Origin: a virus
Virus record (IMG/VR): IMGVR_UViG_3300032323_000630
Coordinates: 7,279 to 71,278 of that record
Length of the DNA stretch: 64,000 bases
Reading direction: 5' to 3' (one strand)
Part shown: positions 20,010 to 31,900 of the stretch, piece after piece
Position numbering within the stretch: position 1 is the stretch's first letter
How the letters are laid out: every line of letters starts with the position of its first letter
Made by a program: the position numbers and the translations under genes
The notes under the pieces: model-generated
Database searches by the model: none
The model's input: only the letters and a program-made list of their open reading frames with translations
Told to the model about the DNA's origin: nothing

Positions 20010-22298
20010 TTAAAATACTGGTGGACCAGATCTAATAATATAATTAATTGTTAGATATGGATTCATTATACCTATCGCTTGTCCTAGTAAGAAAGAAGGA
20101 TCTGGTTTCTTTATCGGACCTGAGGTGTTAAGATACTGAGCTTGCCCCGGAGCAGTTGGTCCTAGACCAGTTGTTGCTGGTGGGTTAATTGCGGTATCAA
20201 CGCGGATCGCAGAATATGGTACTCCGGCATTTTGCAATGAATGTTCATGATCTGGAAGATTACTTAATGTCAATGCTACTGCGCTAGACCCTGCACCTTC
20301 GCCTAAGATGTCTGCTTTAGTGTCTGGAACCCTATCTATATTGCCGCCGCCAGCATCGATATACCCGCCAAGCGCATTAGGAACTGTGCCACCGTTATCC
20401 ATGTTATCTTTACCTAGTGCAAATCTACCACGCAGATCCGGTAATCTAAACGTACCAACACCGGTGAGTGTTGCTGCGCCGTTATATAGTGTACCGACGA
20501 TATCGAATAATTCTGGAAATTTTGATTTTTCAACTTCGGAACCGTCACACAATAGGTAACCGTAAGGTGCACTAGCACCAGCATACGGCATGATTGCTCC
20601 CATAGGTACTCCGAGGTCGCCTACAAAAACATTTCGAGTTTCTTTTATAAGTCCCTGAGAAACTGAAGTTGCTGATGCTGTGCCTGTACCGGTACCTGGA
20701 CCGGTAGCAACGAATCCAAGTCCCACTGTATTAGATACTGCTCCAATTGTGGTAAAATTCGTAGTACCAATAAATGTGATAGTATAGGTAGTTCCTATAA
20801 CAAAACTACCTGCTGATATTGTGGCGGTAACTGCAGATGCTGCTGCTAGGCTAGGTCTATAAACTAAAACATAATCTTCTTTATTTGAAAAGTTTGGAAA
20901 CGGTTCATTTTTAGCAGAGATAATATTTGCAGTTAAACTGGTATTGAATACTTTGGAATAACTGCCTACCTGACCGTCAAATGCAATAGCCGTCGACGCC
21001 ACGTCTCCTGATAATTGGAATGTTGTGACATTTTTTAAGTTTGTGGCTGTGTTAGCATTGCCGTTGATATTACCGTTAAGAATACCTTCGATTTCATCTG
21101 CTATGATAGTTTTAGCTCTTATGGTTTTCCATCTTCTTAGACTGGTTCCGTTGTCGTAGGTATCTGTAGATTTAGGTTGTACATTGTTAGTCTGCGTGAT
21201 ACCGGTAATATCTAAGCCTGTACCAATAATTAAATTTTTAGTGATACTCATACCACCGGCTGTTCTAATTGACCCGTTGCTTATATTAGTGCTTTCTGTG
21301 GTATTAGAAACTATTAATGCACCGTTGGTCAAAATATTTCCATCAACATCTAGTGCTTCTGCAGGACTGGCTTTGTTAATACCCACCTTGTTGTCTAATA
21401 TTCTTAAAATGGTACTGGCAATGCCGTTTCTGTTGACCTGTAGATCCAAAGAACTTCCAGCTGCACTGTTATAAATCTTTGCGGCTGTTGATGAAGTTGA
21501 TACATTAAACGTTCCATCGATGCCTACTGTTACTCCTGAATTATTTCTAATATTCAGTCCGTATTCCGTAGTGTTAACTGTATCAGTTCTTAAAAATTTT
21601 GATGCGGCTACTGATGTGCTACCGACATTTAATGCATCAGCACTTAATGCAGTACCATAATATTTAGGTAATAGTCCGCCCACAAATTGTGCGATCTCTG
21701 GTGAAGATACCGGAACATTAATGTTCATACCTGCACGTATTACTGCATAACCAGAAATAGTATTTTTAGGAGTAAAACTATCTTTGCTAAAAATAACTAC
21801 AGGAATGTCTGCGATATAAAACGCTAGAATTGATCTAGTGATGTTATCAGAGTCTGCTATTTGTTCAATCGCTGGTCCATATCGTAACCCGTCAATGGAA
21901 CTTTCTGAAGGGCCCACTAGAATCCAACGTGTGCCTGAATATATGCGTAGTTGCTGATTCGTAGTATCTACCCATAATTCTCCAACCTTTGATGTTTCTA
22001 CACTAGGCGCAGATGCACTTTTTTGTATGTTTGATGCTGATTTCCAATTGGTATTGTCCCATATCATCAGGATACCGTTTTCGCTATCGTACCATAATTG
22101 ACCTTCGGTTGGATTTACTGGTTGTGTAGCACTGGCAAAATTTTCAAGCAGATGTAAAAAGTTCTCTGCAATGATCTGACCATACCCTGTGACGTTTCTA
22201 CCTGGAAATATTAGGCTAGTATCTGTGCTGGAGGTATTATCATACACCGTTATCGGTGTTTTGTTGTCGCTATCTGTAAAATTAACAATATATGGCAT
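20010..22298 (-). CDS. Short-tail-fibre-like protein with phage tail collar domain
   Basis: Shared anchor. PMGAIMPYAG..PYGYLLCDGS..LFDIVG..FRLPDLRGRF collar motif. Ends NPYLTINYIIR. Confidence 0.85.
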   Translation of the reverse strand: MPYIVNFTDSDNKTPITVYDNTSSTDTSLIFPGRNVTGYGQIIAENFLHLLENFASATQPVNPTEGQLWYDSENGILMIWDNTNWKSASNIQKSASAPSVETSKVGELWVDTTNQQLRIYSGTRWILVGPSESSIDGLRYGPAIEQIADSDNITRSILAFYIADIPVVIFSKDSFTPKNTISGYAVIRAGMNINVPVSSPEIAQFVGGLLPKYYGTALSADALNVGSTSVAASKFLRTDTVNTTEYGLNIRNNSGVTVGIDGTFNVSTSSTAAKIYNSAAGSSLDLQVNRNGIASTILRILDNKVGINKASPAEALDVDGNILTNGALIVSNTTESTNISNGSIRTAGGMSITKNLIIGTGLDITGITQTNNVQPKSTDTYDNGTSLRRWKTIRAKTIIADEIEGILNGNINGNANTATNLKNVTTFQLSGDVASTAIAFDGQVGSYSKVFNTSLTANIISAKNEPFPNFSNKEDYVLVYRPSLAAASAVTATISAGSFVIGTTYTITFIGTTNFTTIGAVSNTVGLGFVATGPGTGTGTASATSVSQGLIKETRNVFVGDLGVPMGAIMPYAGASAPYGYLLCDGSEVEKSKFPELFDIVGTLYNGAATLTGVGTFRLPDLRGRFALGKDNMDNGGTVPNALGGYIDAGGGNIDRVPDTKADILGEGAGSSAVALTLSNLPDHEHSLQNAGVPYSAIRVDTAINPPATTGLGPTAPGQAQYLNTSGPIKKPDPSFLLGQAIGIMNPYLTINYIIRSGPPVF

Positions 22299-22301
22299 CT
22301 A

Positions 22302-22970
22302 TTATACCTCTGTGAAACCGGTTAAGCTCTGTACACGGATCGTATAATCGATCTGTAATAGTCTGTTTAGACTTTTTTGTACAGGGTGGAATACCACATG
22401 TGTCAGCAGTTTGCCGTCACCGCTGGGATTGTAACTCTTAAGACCTAATTCGTCAAATACGAAATTACCACTTAGGTCTACTGAATTGTCAAACGCTTCT
22501 TGATCAGTTGGCTCACCATAATCCAGCAAACAGCTAATAATTACATCACTGTAAGTTGCTCCGCTGATGTGTCGAACTTCCATCTTATTTCTTACCGGAT
22601 CTGTATTATTTGGTTGATTTTGGTCAACTATTTTAGCGTATGTTTGATTATATAGGCTGGAATTTACACCCACTGTGTTGGGTGTAAGATATGAAATCAA
22701 CCCAGTTGGATCTACTACTGTACCGCCGGTTCCAAAGGCCATTTGATAAATGGTACCTTGCCCTTGATTACTCAAACTGTTTACCATAGCCACGCTCATG
22801 TTTTCGTAGTGGATGGCATTGCGTTTGTCGATAAAAACTTCTCCGTTTTCCGGATCAAAAATCTTTATGTGTCCTTCAAAATGTACACCGCCTGTTTCAT
22901 TTGGGCGTGTTTGTACCTGTTGATTTTTTTGGTCTATATTTTCTGGCATATTAGTCTCTTGTGATTCCAT
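22302..22970 (-). CDS. Baseplate/fibre-attachment structural protein
   Basis: EGHIKI.D..NAI, MAFGTGGT, FDELGL and LLTHVVFHPVQKS..IDYTIR. Lies between the baseplate and fibre genes. An alternative start is at 22949. Confidence 0.55.
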   Translation of the reverse strand: MESQETNMPENIDQKNQQVQTRPNETGGVHFEGHIKIFDPENGEVFIDKRNAIHYENMSVAMVNSLSNQGQGTIYQMAFGTGGTVVDPTGLISYLTPNTVGVNSSLYNQTYAKIVDQNQPNNTDPVRNKMEVRHISGATYSDVIISCLLDYGEPTDQEAFDNSVDLSGNFVFDELGLKSYNPSGDGKLLTHVVFHPVQKSLNRLLQIDYTIRVQSLTGFTEV

Positions 22971-22975
22971 AGTTG

Positions 22976-22983
22976 TATTTATT
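22976..22983 (-). promoter_or_regulatory. Putative late promoter AATAAATA overlapping the giant gene's stop codon
   Basis: The box ends 5 nt before the ATG at 22970. Confidence 0.55.
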
Positions 22984-25900
22984 CGGGCAATTTAGTAGTA
23001 CGTTTAGCAATGAATTCTGCCATAGGTGTGGCGTTTTCCAACAATGATTCGCCTGAACTAGCTGTGGTTTCGCCGCGATCGTACCACACTTTACCGATCC
23101 TTCTTATCACAGATATCCTAGTTCCTGCTGGGATTGCTGCGGTTAATCTTATATAACTTGCAACACCGTCTACTGCAAATTCAGCTTCTAGCTGTATGTC
23201 TGCGGTAGGACTGCTAGCTCCTAGTGCTTCATCGTATACACTTAACGGGTCTTTGCGTAATCTTCTGCCCGCAGCAAATACTTCTACTTGATCGCATGCA
23301 CTATGTGTGGTCGGAATCGTTGATCGATACCAGGTGGCTCTAGTGCCTTGAGCTGGCACAAAGTCCAACGGTCCTATCAGCAGACTACTTCCGTCTGACA
23401 CAAAATCCTGTCTATCCTGTGTTTCATTGTAGGGCACATTTTCTTGAGGACCTGCATCGGATATAGCACTGCCTGCAGAGTGTACTGCTGCAATAGCAGT
23501 ACCAAAACTTCCTCTACGTAATTTTGATAAAACGTTACCTACTTTGCTGTTATATTCAATGCGTTCATTATTAACTGTGATTACTCCTGGAACATTTCTT
23601 GAAACTATAGGTTCGCCTAATAGACTGCCATCATTGACTGTGATTTCTTGATCGTAATAGTTTAGGTCTTTAGTTAGTTCCACAGCGCCAATAGAATATC
23701 TTTTGAAATGATAGATATTCAACATGTCTTTGTGTATTTCAAATGCACTAGGTAAACGATAAATGTCTGATCCAAATACCACTACTTTGATCAAATCGTT
23801 AGCAGTAGAATCAGCTGTAAGGTACAGAACACTTCTTGGCAGCGACACATAGTAATCCTGATCTTTAGTTAATCGTACTCCATTTTTATAAACCCAAATA
23901 TAGCTAGCAGCCAGGGGTGCTTGTGGTAGATAATAGTTAACTCTACCTCCGGTATATTCGTCTGACACTATGCCCATTGAAGGATATTCGCTGAACCATG
24001 TTACATCTATAATATCATCATAAGTCATAACAACCTCAGGATCGATCACTAGATTATTATCTACTATCGAATACTGTGCTCTAAAATCGTTTTCAATTTT
24101 AACAATATCGCCTTCGGTAAGTATCGCAGAGGAAATAGCCACAGTTTTAGTAGTTCCGTTATAGGTATAATCTTGAATCACTGTTTTTAATTCATCGTTG
24201 ACAAATACCTTGATATTCTGAGATAAGATTGCACCAGCTGGCTCTTCAGGATCAACCCCTAATACAAAATCTTCAGTGATCCCATCATACACTGTGTACA
24301 CTGTGTCTACACCTCTAAGTGCTGTTCCGTTTAATTCTACTATCATAGATGACAGTGCCGATGCGCGAGATAGATTTACAAATGTGTCTAGATCAAAACT
24401 TCGTGTGCTTCCTTCGAATTGTAGAGATTGCCGATTAACACGAACTATTGGCAGTCCTGTTGAGTCTATATCTGCAGCTGAACCTACACAAATTATTTTT
24501 ACTATATCTCTATAACTAGGGGCAGTACCAAATCTAATTAGAGTTTTACCTGCGGTAGTGACAACCCCGGTACTGTCGGTAAATCCAACATCTTGAGATT
24601 CTCCATTAACTGTGACCAGCACCGCAGAAGTATCGCTGTAATTTGCAGATGTTAAGAATAGGCTAGTAGCGCCGTCAGCAATAAATTCTTGATAATCCAA
24701 CAGCGTAATACCCCCTAGACCTACTGCGATTATTTCAATCACTGCTCCCGCTGCCGGGGCAGTTGCAAATTCAATCTGTTTAGTTATAAAATCAATAGTG
24801 TAATTGAGTGTAGAATCTGCACTGTTTTCTTGTTTGATCTTATTAACGTATACTAACAGTGATCGAGATTCTAAAATTTCTAAATCGATATCATAGATTT
24901 TGGTTATTCCGTTTGACACTAGTGTTCTAGATTGTAGTGGTGCTGCACCAGAAAGCGTATTATTAAACACTTTAATACTAACGCTGTCTAACACCTGACC
25001 TGGAATATTTTCTTCTGGTGCTGGAACTTGATCTGGTGAAATAAACTTATCACCGTCTATAGATATTTCTTCTGACAGAGTTCCTCTAGCAATTGCATAC
25101 ATACCGTCTATGGTATTTGGCGCAATTTTAGTTGCCGTAGATCCTGTTGCTGAAAATGTGCCACCACTCAGATATGTATCTAACAGATTATTATCAGTTA
25201 TAGTTACACTGCCGTCACTTTCAACAGGGCGGAATATTAGTATATCTCCGACGTTTGTTTGTATGTAAGGTCCAATCGAGATAGTGTTTGTAACTCCATC
25301 ACCAATAAAGGTAGGCATCTCTGAATTAGGATTTACTGATGTTGACGAATCGTCTCCTAATACAAAATAAGGAGAATCGATTCTCACCGCCGTAGGTGCT
25401 TGTGTAGATTCAGTTAATACTACTGTTGGTGCTGTAGGTGGACCTAGTGTATCTATATCTCTTGCAATTCTAATTCCTGCACGTTTTAGATAGATATTAA
25501 TTTCTTGACCTTCAGCTGGAACAAAAGGTAATGTTACTTCTGTTGTACTTCCGTCGCAGACTACATAGTAATCTGCTGCTGCGTCTACACTGTCCCAATT
25601 ATCTGTGAACCAGGGTAATGCATCCCACCCGCCAGTAACATCAAATGTTGTTCCTTGTATCTGTACACCACCAAAATCTATGCCTGTCATTAATTGTGAT
25701 AATTCTTTGCCTCGCATTCCTGAACTTGGTTCATAGAATTTTTCTATACGATTTATTGCATCTAGCAAGGAATCGTTTTTCTCATAGGTAACTTTAATAA
25801 CACTGCCTGGTTCAGGTACTGTTACGAATATGATTTTACCTTTTAACAGGCTATAGGTATCTGTGGTAGATGTGTATAGATTGATTATATATTCATCATT

Positions 25901-28900
25901 TAATACCACCTGATTATCTTTAGTGATAGTGATTTTACTTTTGTCTCGGGTTGGTGCATAATTTAGATCAAAAACCGCAGTAAATCCTGTGGCAGTAAAT
26001 ACCTGTTCCTGTGACAGATCAATATAGGTACCCTGCTTAGATAATCTATCAAATTTTACTGTGATATCAAATGTTCTAGCTTTGGAATCTCCAAGTATCG
26101 CGATCGCAGATGCCTGCGTAGTACTATTTCCGCCTACTAGTGTTATAGTTGGGGTTTTTGTATATCCGGTTCCTTGATCTACAATTTCAAATCCAGAAAT
26201 CGCGCCATTAGATACAAATGCTCTTGCTGTGGCTCCTGTACCATTACCGGAAATTAACACATTAGGCACTGTGGTGTATCCTGCGCCTGCATTAGATACT
26301 TCAATGGCAGTTATTCCGTAACCCTGATTATCCAACCACCAACGCCAAGGATATGATTGTATTTCTTCGTTGGATTTCGATATAGGAATAATTTTTCCTT
26401 CGGCTGTTGAAAAAGTTGGCGGAAGGTCGAAATCCGTTGTGGCTTGTCCTAATGGTTCCGAAGCTGAGTATCTGCTGAGATATTCTCGTACTGTGGTTCT
26501 ATATGGTTTGACTTCTTGGATATACTCTTGGAAACTTGATAGATTATCGTTTTTATAATTTAATTTCTGTTCAAGAGGACCGACATTATGTGTAGCATTT
26601 AAGAAGCTGGTTTTGAATGCCCAGTCAATATATTGTTGCTCAGCAAATGCATATCTCACAGCGGTAAAGAATAGTGTATTCCATTCAACAGCATACTCGC
26701 CGATAAACAATTTGTTTTTAATATTGTCTAGTATAATACGTAATTCTTTGCTACTGTCAATATCATATAATTTAGTATCAAAGGATGCAGTATTATCAAA
26801 TCCGATCCCTGATAGTTCATTATTCCATAAAGATTCACTTAATTGAAAAGTTCCGGCACCTCTTCCTACTAATTTGTAATTGGCAAAGAAATATGCATTA
26901 GTATCTGCTATTTTCTCAAACACTGCCCAACTACCGCTACCGTATTCTGTGATTCTAATTAGATCGCCAATTGATACTTCTACAGAAGGTATCAATGTAA
27001 AATACGCAACTTCTTTAACGATTCTGCTGGTAGATCCGTATCCACTGGCCCACCAGTCGGCAGAAAATTGATATTTTCTGGTGTCATAGGCCTGTGTTCT
27101 GCTTCTATAAAATGTTTTTCTTGTGTCGTCCCAAGCATAGATAGACCAGAAACCAGTAGTGGTTTCGTCTGCATTAACTAACACAGAAAATTGTCTAACC
27201 ACAGCCGTGGCTGATGTATATTTTCTTCCTTTGTTAATAACGGTTACCGAAGTTATACGTCCTTGATTGTCGACTGTTACACTAGCGGTAGCTCCTGTGC
27301 CGTCTCCTTCGATAACTACTGGAGGAGCTTTTTTATATCCAAATCCACTGTTAACAATTGTGATGTTGTCGACTTGATTATCTACAATATTAACTGATAA
27401 CACAGCCTGGCGTACTCTAGCTGTACCGATAGTAATTAAATCAACCTGATTATCCACTGCTTGATCATATAGATTTAATGCATCTGCTGGCGCTGTTTCA
27501 AAATCATTCAATGCATCATATGGCACAATATCCAAGAACGGTTCTTTCTTTAAGAATGTGTTTATTTTGTCAATGGTGATTTTTAATATACTTCTTCGAT
27601 CTATAAACATTCCCTGACGAGGGCGGAAATTAATTCCGTATTTCTGCTTGGCAGGCAATTTAGGATCAGGGATAACATTTCCAACTATATCGGTACCTAT
27701 TAAACTGTCGATCCATTTAGCTTCTAGACTCGTTGTTGGTAAGCTGTCTGCTAGTCCTTCTGTTAATAATTGATATTCATTATGAATCGCATTCAGTTGT
27801 TTTTTATTTTTTAGATACTGTATGTTCAACACTGCGGTATCTGAAGCAAGTATTGAATTAAAATTATATGTTAAGAATTTGTCAGAATCGATCAGAGCAA
27901 TAAATGCGATTCCTGAGCCCGCTGGGTTTTCAATCGACGAAGATACTTCAGAAGCTGCTATCCTTCTGCTTGGTTTATTTGCAGGAATTATTGTTTTATT
28001 CTTAACCCAATAATAATATAATGTGCTGGTAGCTAGTCCGGTATTAGGATTAATTAATTCTTTTACTGAGTATACTGTGTTATTAGGATACAGAGGTTGT
28101 CCAGAAATTCCCTGAGCAATGCCGTCATTGGTATCAGCAATGGCTGCCCATTCGTTAGGTAACAGTAAAGTTTCAACCCATTCATAAACATCAATGGAGG
28201 CTCCCTCTGCTAGAGAATTCCAATTGCCGGTTCTGTATGCAGCATCTCCCTGTTCATAATATTTCCATTTAGCTGTAGATAGGTTCCACCATAGTTCGCC
28301 AACATATCTTTCAGACCACGCTGTGGTTGTGTCCACTACCTGTTCATCAGTACCGATGGTATAAACTGCTGGATCATAGATTGTTTTAAATTTAATTTCC
28401 TGTTCTGCAACGTTAAGAATTTTTAATTTGGCATTATCAACATAGTCTATGTCTTGTATCTTAACATTGTTAACAGTATCATATAATTCGATACTCCTAA
28501 TCGCTGTTATGTCAACAACAGGATTCTGAGTCTGCAACGTGTTCCAAGAATTCACCGAGGAATCTTTTCTAAATAATCTAACTATACCAGTCTTTGGACC
28601 ATCATATGCTAGAACAGCACCGTGTGTTGCTGGCGCAATATAATCAGGTGATCCGACAGCAATCGCTGATTGCGAACAATCTACACTGAATCCGAATGAT
28701 TCAAATGGTGATAGAGTAGATTCTAATTTTTCAACTAAGAAGTAGTTGTCGTCTTTTTTCTCAAATACGTATACCGCACCAGAATATCCTTTTCTATCAA
28801 CGAATCTAGTTCTGCTTTGATCAAATGTTGTGCCCTCTGTGATATCGAATCTAGTAGGCAACGAGTATGGAGAATTGTTAGCACCTATGGCTATTCTTTC

Positions 28901-31900
28901 TCCAGTATAACTAATCGATCCGCTTTGTCCAAAATATTCATTTGGATACATTTCAAAACTTTCAAGTTTTTGTTTTAATCGATATTCAATGCTAGCAAAA
29001 CTATCTGTACGCAGAATATAGGCGCTGCCCTGATTCTGAAAATTAATATCAGCTTTAGGACTAGTAACCAACAGTGTTGTTCCGGAATAATCTATGTCAA
29101 TGCTCCACCCGAATTGATCACCGGCTGCAATTGGTGTGATACCGGAATCAATATCATTGAGATCGATCATAGATCCTGATGTAATTGTTTGTTTTAATTC
29201 ATATATGCCAGTTTGGGATCTTTGATATATGAAAACTTTTCCTGATGATTCGCCTGTGCTATCACCGACACTGTCCCAAGGTTGGCCAACATCCGGAGCT
29301 TCATTATAACTCCTAGTTGTTGAGTCTAGAGATTCTCCGAATCTCTGCACCAGTCTATGATATCCGTTTTGATATCTGACCACTTCTCCCTCAATATATT
29401 CTCTATCAGGCCTCCAATTTCCTCGGAAGTTAGGAAAATATTGTCCGTCACTGAATGGTGCACCGACTGCTAATACGCTAGCATCTCTATTCATTGCAAT
29501 ACTGGTTCCAAACTTGTCACCAATTTTAATTAGTTCTGCAAGTTGAGAATTTGAAAGTATTCCGACCTGTGTTTCTAATAAGTTACCTAATGTCGAGCCG
29601 TCGTCATCTATAGCAATATTCGTTGGCAATGAGTTATGTGTAGAAATAGGATCCATTCTTTGCCATCCCGAAGATTCCACAGAAATAGTGCTGCCGTCGC
29701 CGTATGTTGAATCTTCTAGACACATCCATAATGCTGAATCATACCATACTATTTCGCCTGCATAGTAGGCAGTGGATACTGGATCATAGATACCTTTGTA
29801 ATTTTGATTTTCTAAATGTGTCCATTCAGTACCATTATAGGTATAAAGATACACACGACCGCGGCCATCTAAGGATTCTACCGCAGATACTGCCATGTAA
29901 TATGTGTTACCGGATTGCCCAATAGTTATATCAGACGCAAATAATTCGTCGTTGTTGGGGCGGGGGCTAACAAACGAGGATTTAAGAGTCCATTGTTGCT
30001 TTTCCCATTCGTATATGGAAATCATACCTTGGTTGGTATATCCTGCCGCGGTTCCTGCTGTGAACGCCGGTATTGATGTTGCTGGGGCCCACCCGTTAGA
30101 GCTAATACTGATCGAGCTACCGTCGCCGGCATTGGTTATTAGTGATTTCCATAGTTTGCCTGCGTATACTACAATGTCATCTGTGAGGTAGGTTGCGGAA
30201 GGATTAAATGTTCCTTTGTAATTACTACGGATACCGCTGGCGTTTGGAGATCCTATAATTAACCATCTATTGTCTGGGCTCACTGCCATAGATCTACCAA
30301 AAGATCCTAGTACTCCTGATTCGAATCCCATTGGTGGTGCTATGATTTGTTTTAATGCTAGGCCAGTCGACGTTTCGATGTAAGCCATCACATATCCAGA
30401 TCCAGGAATGCTAGAAATAGTCTGTTTTATATTGTCAATATATAATACTTTTGATCCAGCGGACAAAGGCGACGTTGTACCGTATTCTGTAATTTGTTTT
30501 GAGACAAATTGTTTTTTCTTTTGAATAACTTCCCAACTATTACTACCATTGTTATCAATCCATAATTTAGAACCATCTTTTAATATTGCAGCATTTTGGA
30601 AATCTAATGCAGTATATGATTCAAATCTAGCCGGTGTTAATGTATAGATGTATGCTATGGTGCTGTTATCAAATAACGGATCCTGTGCCGACGCACTAAC
30701 CGCAATTGTTATTGTAAGCGACCCAACTGCTGTAATTCTGAAGAATCCCTCAAGATTTGTAATTTCTTTAAAACCAACAATGTCATCAATAACGAAATTG
30801 TGTCGTCTATCTAACGTTATGGTAACAGCAGTTCCAGACTTCACAACATCTCTTATTGTTATAATCGGTGATTGATTGTATCTTAATACTGACCAAGTAT
30901 AGTTGTCAAATGTGACCCAGATATGATCGTTTTCGATCATAGCAGCTATATCGATATTTAAAATGTCATCTCTAGATGTAACAACAAAATCTATCTGATC
31001 TGTTTTTACATAGCCTGCAGTTCTAACTGGTTCGGCTTCTAACGATACCGGATTAATATTAGTCGTGAATGGTATCGGTTGAATTGAAAAATCTGTGCCT
31101 AGTATTCTATAATACTGGTCTAATGTATTGTTCGGCAGATTGTTGACCACAAGCATCGGCTGAGGATTAATTTGAAATTTGTCTTTCTCCAACGAGATTT
31201 CTATTTCTTTAAGTTGATCTAGACCGCCCAATCTTCCTACTCTGAAAGCCCATTCTTCATTTAATTCAATCGCATTTCCGGTGCGGCTGAGTTTGTTGAA
31301 TATCTTAGTAACAGCATTAGCTGTGCCTTTTTCACGAATGAATCCTTGATATAATCTAAATTGTGTTACTGGATCTTCAGACAGATTCTGTAGATATTCT
31401 CTAGTTTGATATCCTACAGAATGACGAGCTAATGCTCGTTGGTTTTCTCCGATGCCCGCTGATGCAACATCATAATAGTCTTCAAACTGATTGATTTTGT
31501 AATCAAAGTTTGCTACCAATTGTTTTTCTGGGGTTGAGTCTAGTTTGGTCCAATTAGTCGGATTGAATTCTTCAACGCCTAATTGATTGACAATACTAGT
31601 CCAATTATTGCTTCTATAGGAAACAATATCGCCTAATCTGTAGTCTGTAAATGGTTGCCAGGCTTGTATGTTTACATTATCAAATAGGAATCCCGGGCTG
31701 GTATAATCACCATCCCAATCTACAGTACGGAATCCTTGGGACTTGATACGTTCCTGACGATAGCCTGTGGTCTTGTCATAGAGGATATCGTTGAACACCG
31801 TTCTATCATCAAAGATAGTCACGTGTTCTTTTAAAACATAGTAGAGTTTTAGATAATATATACCTTCTTCTGTATCTGCAGTTTCAACTGTGATGTTTTG

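Noticed and set aside
10036-22298. Diversity-generating retroelement or invertible tip cassette acting on the fibres
   Set aside because: No reverse transcriptase, recombinase or template/variable repeat pair was seen in the window.
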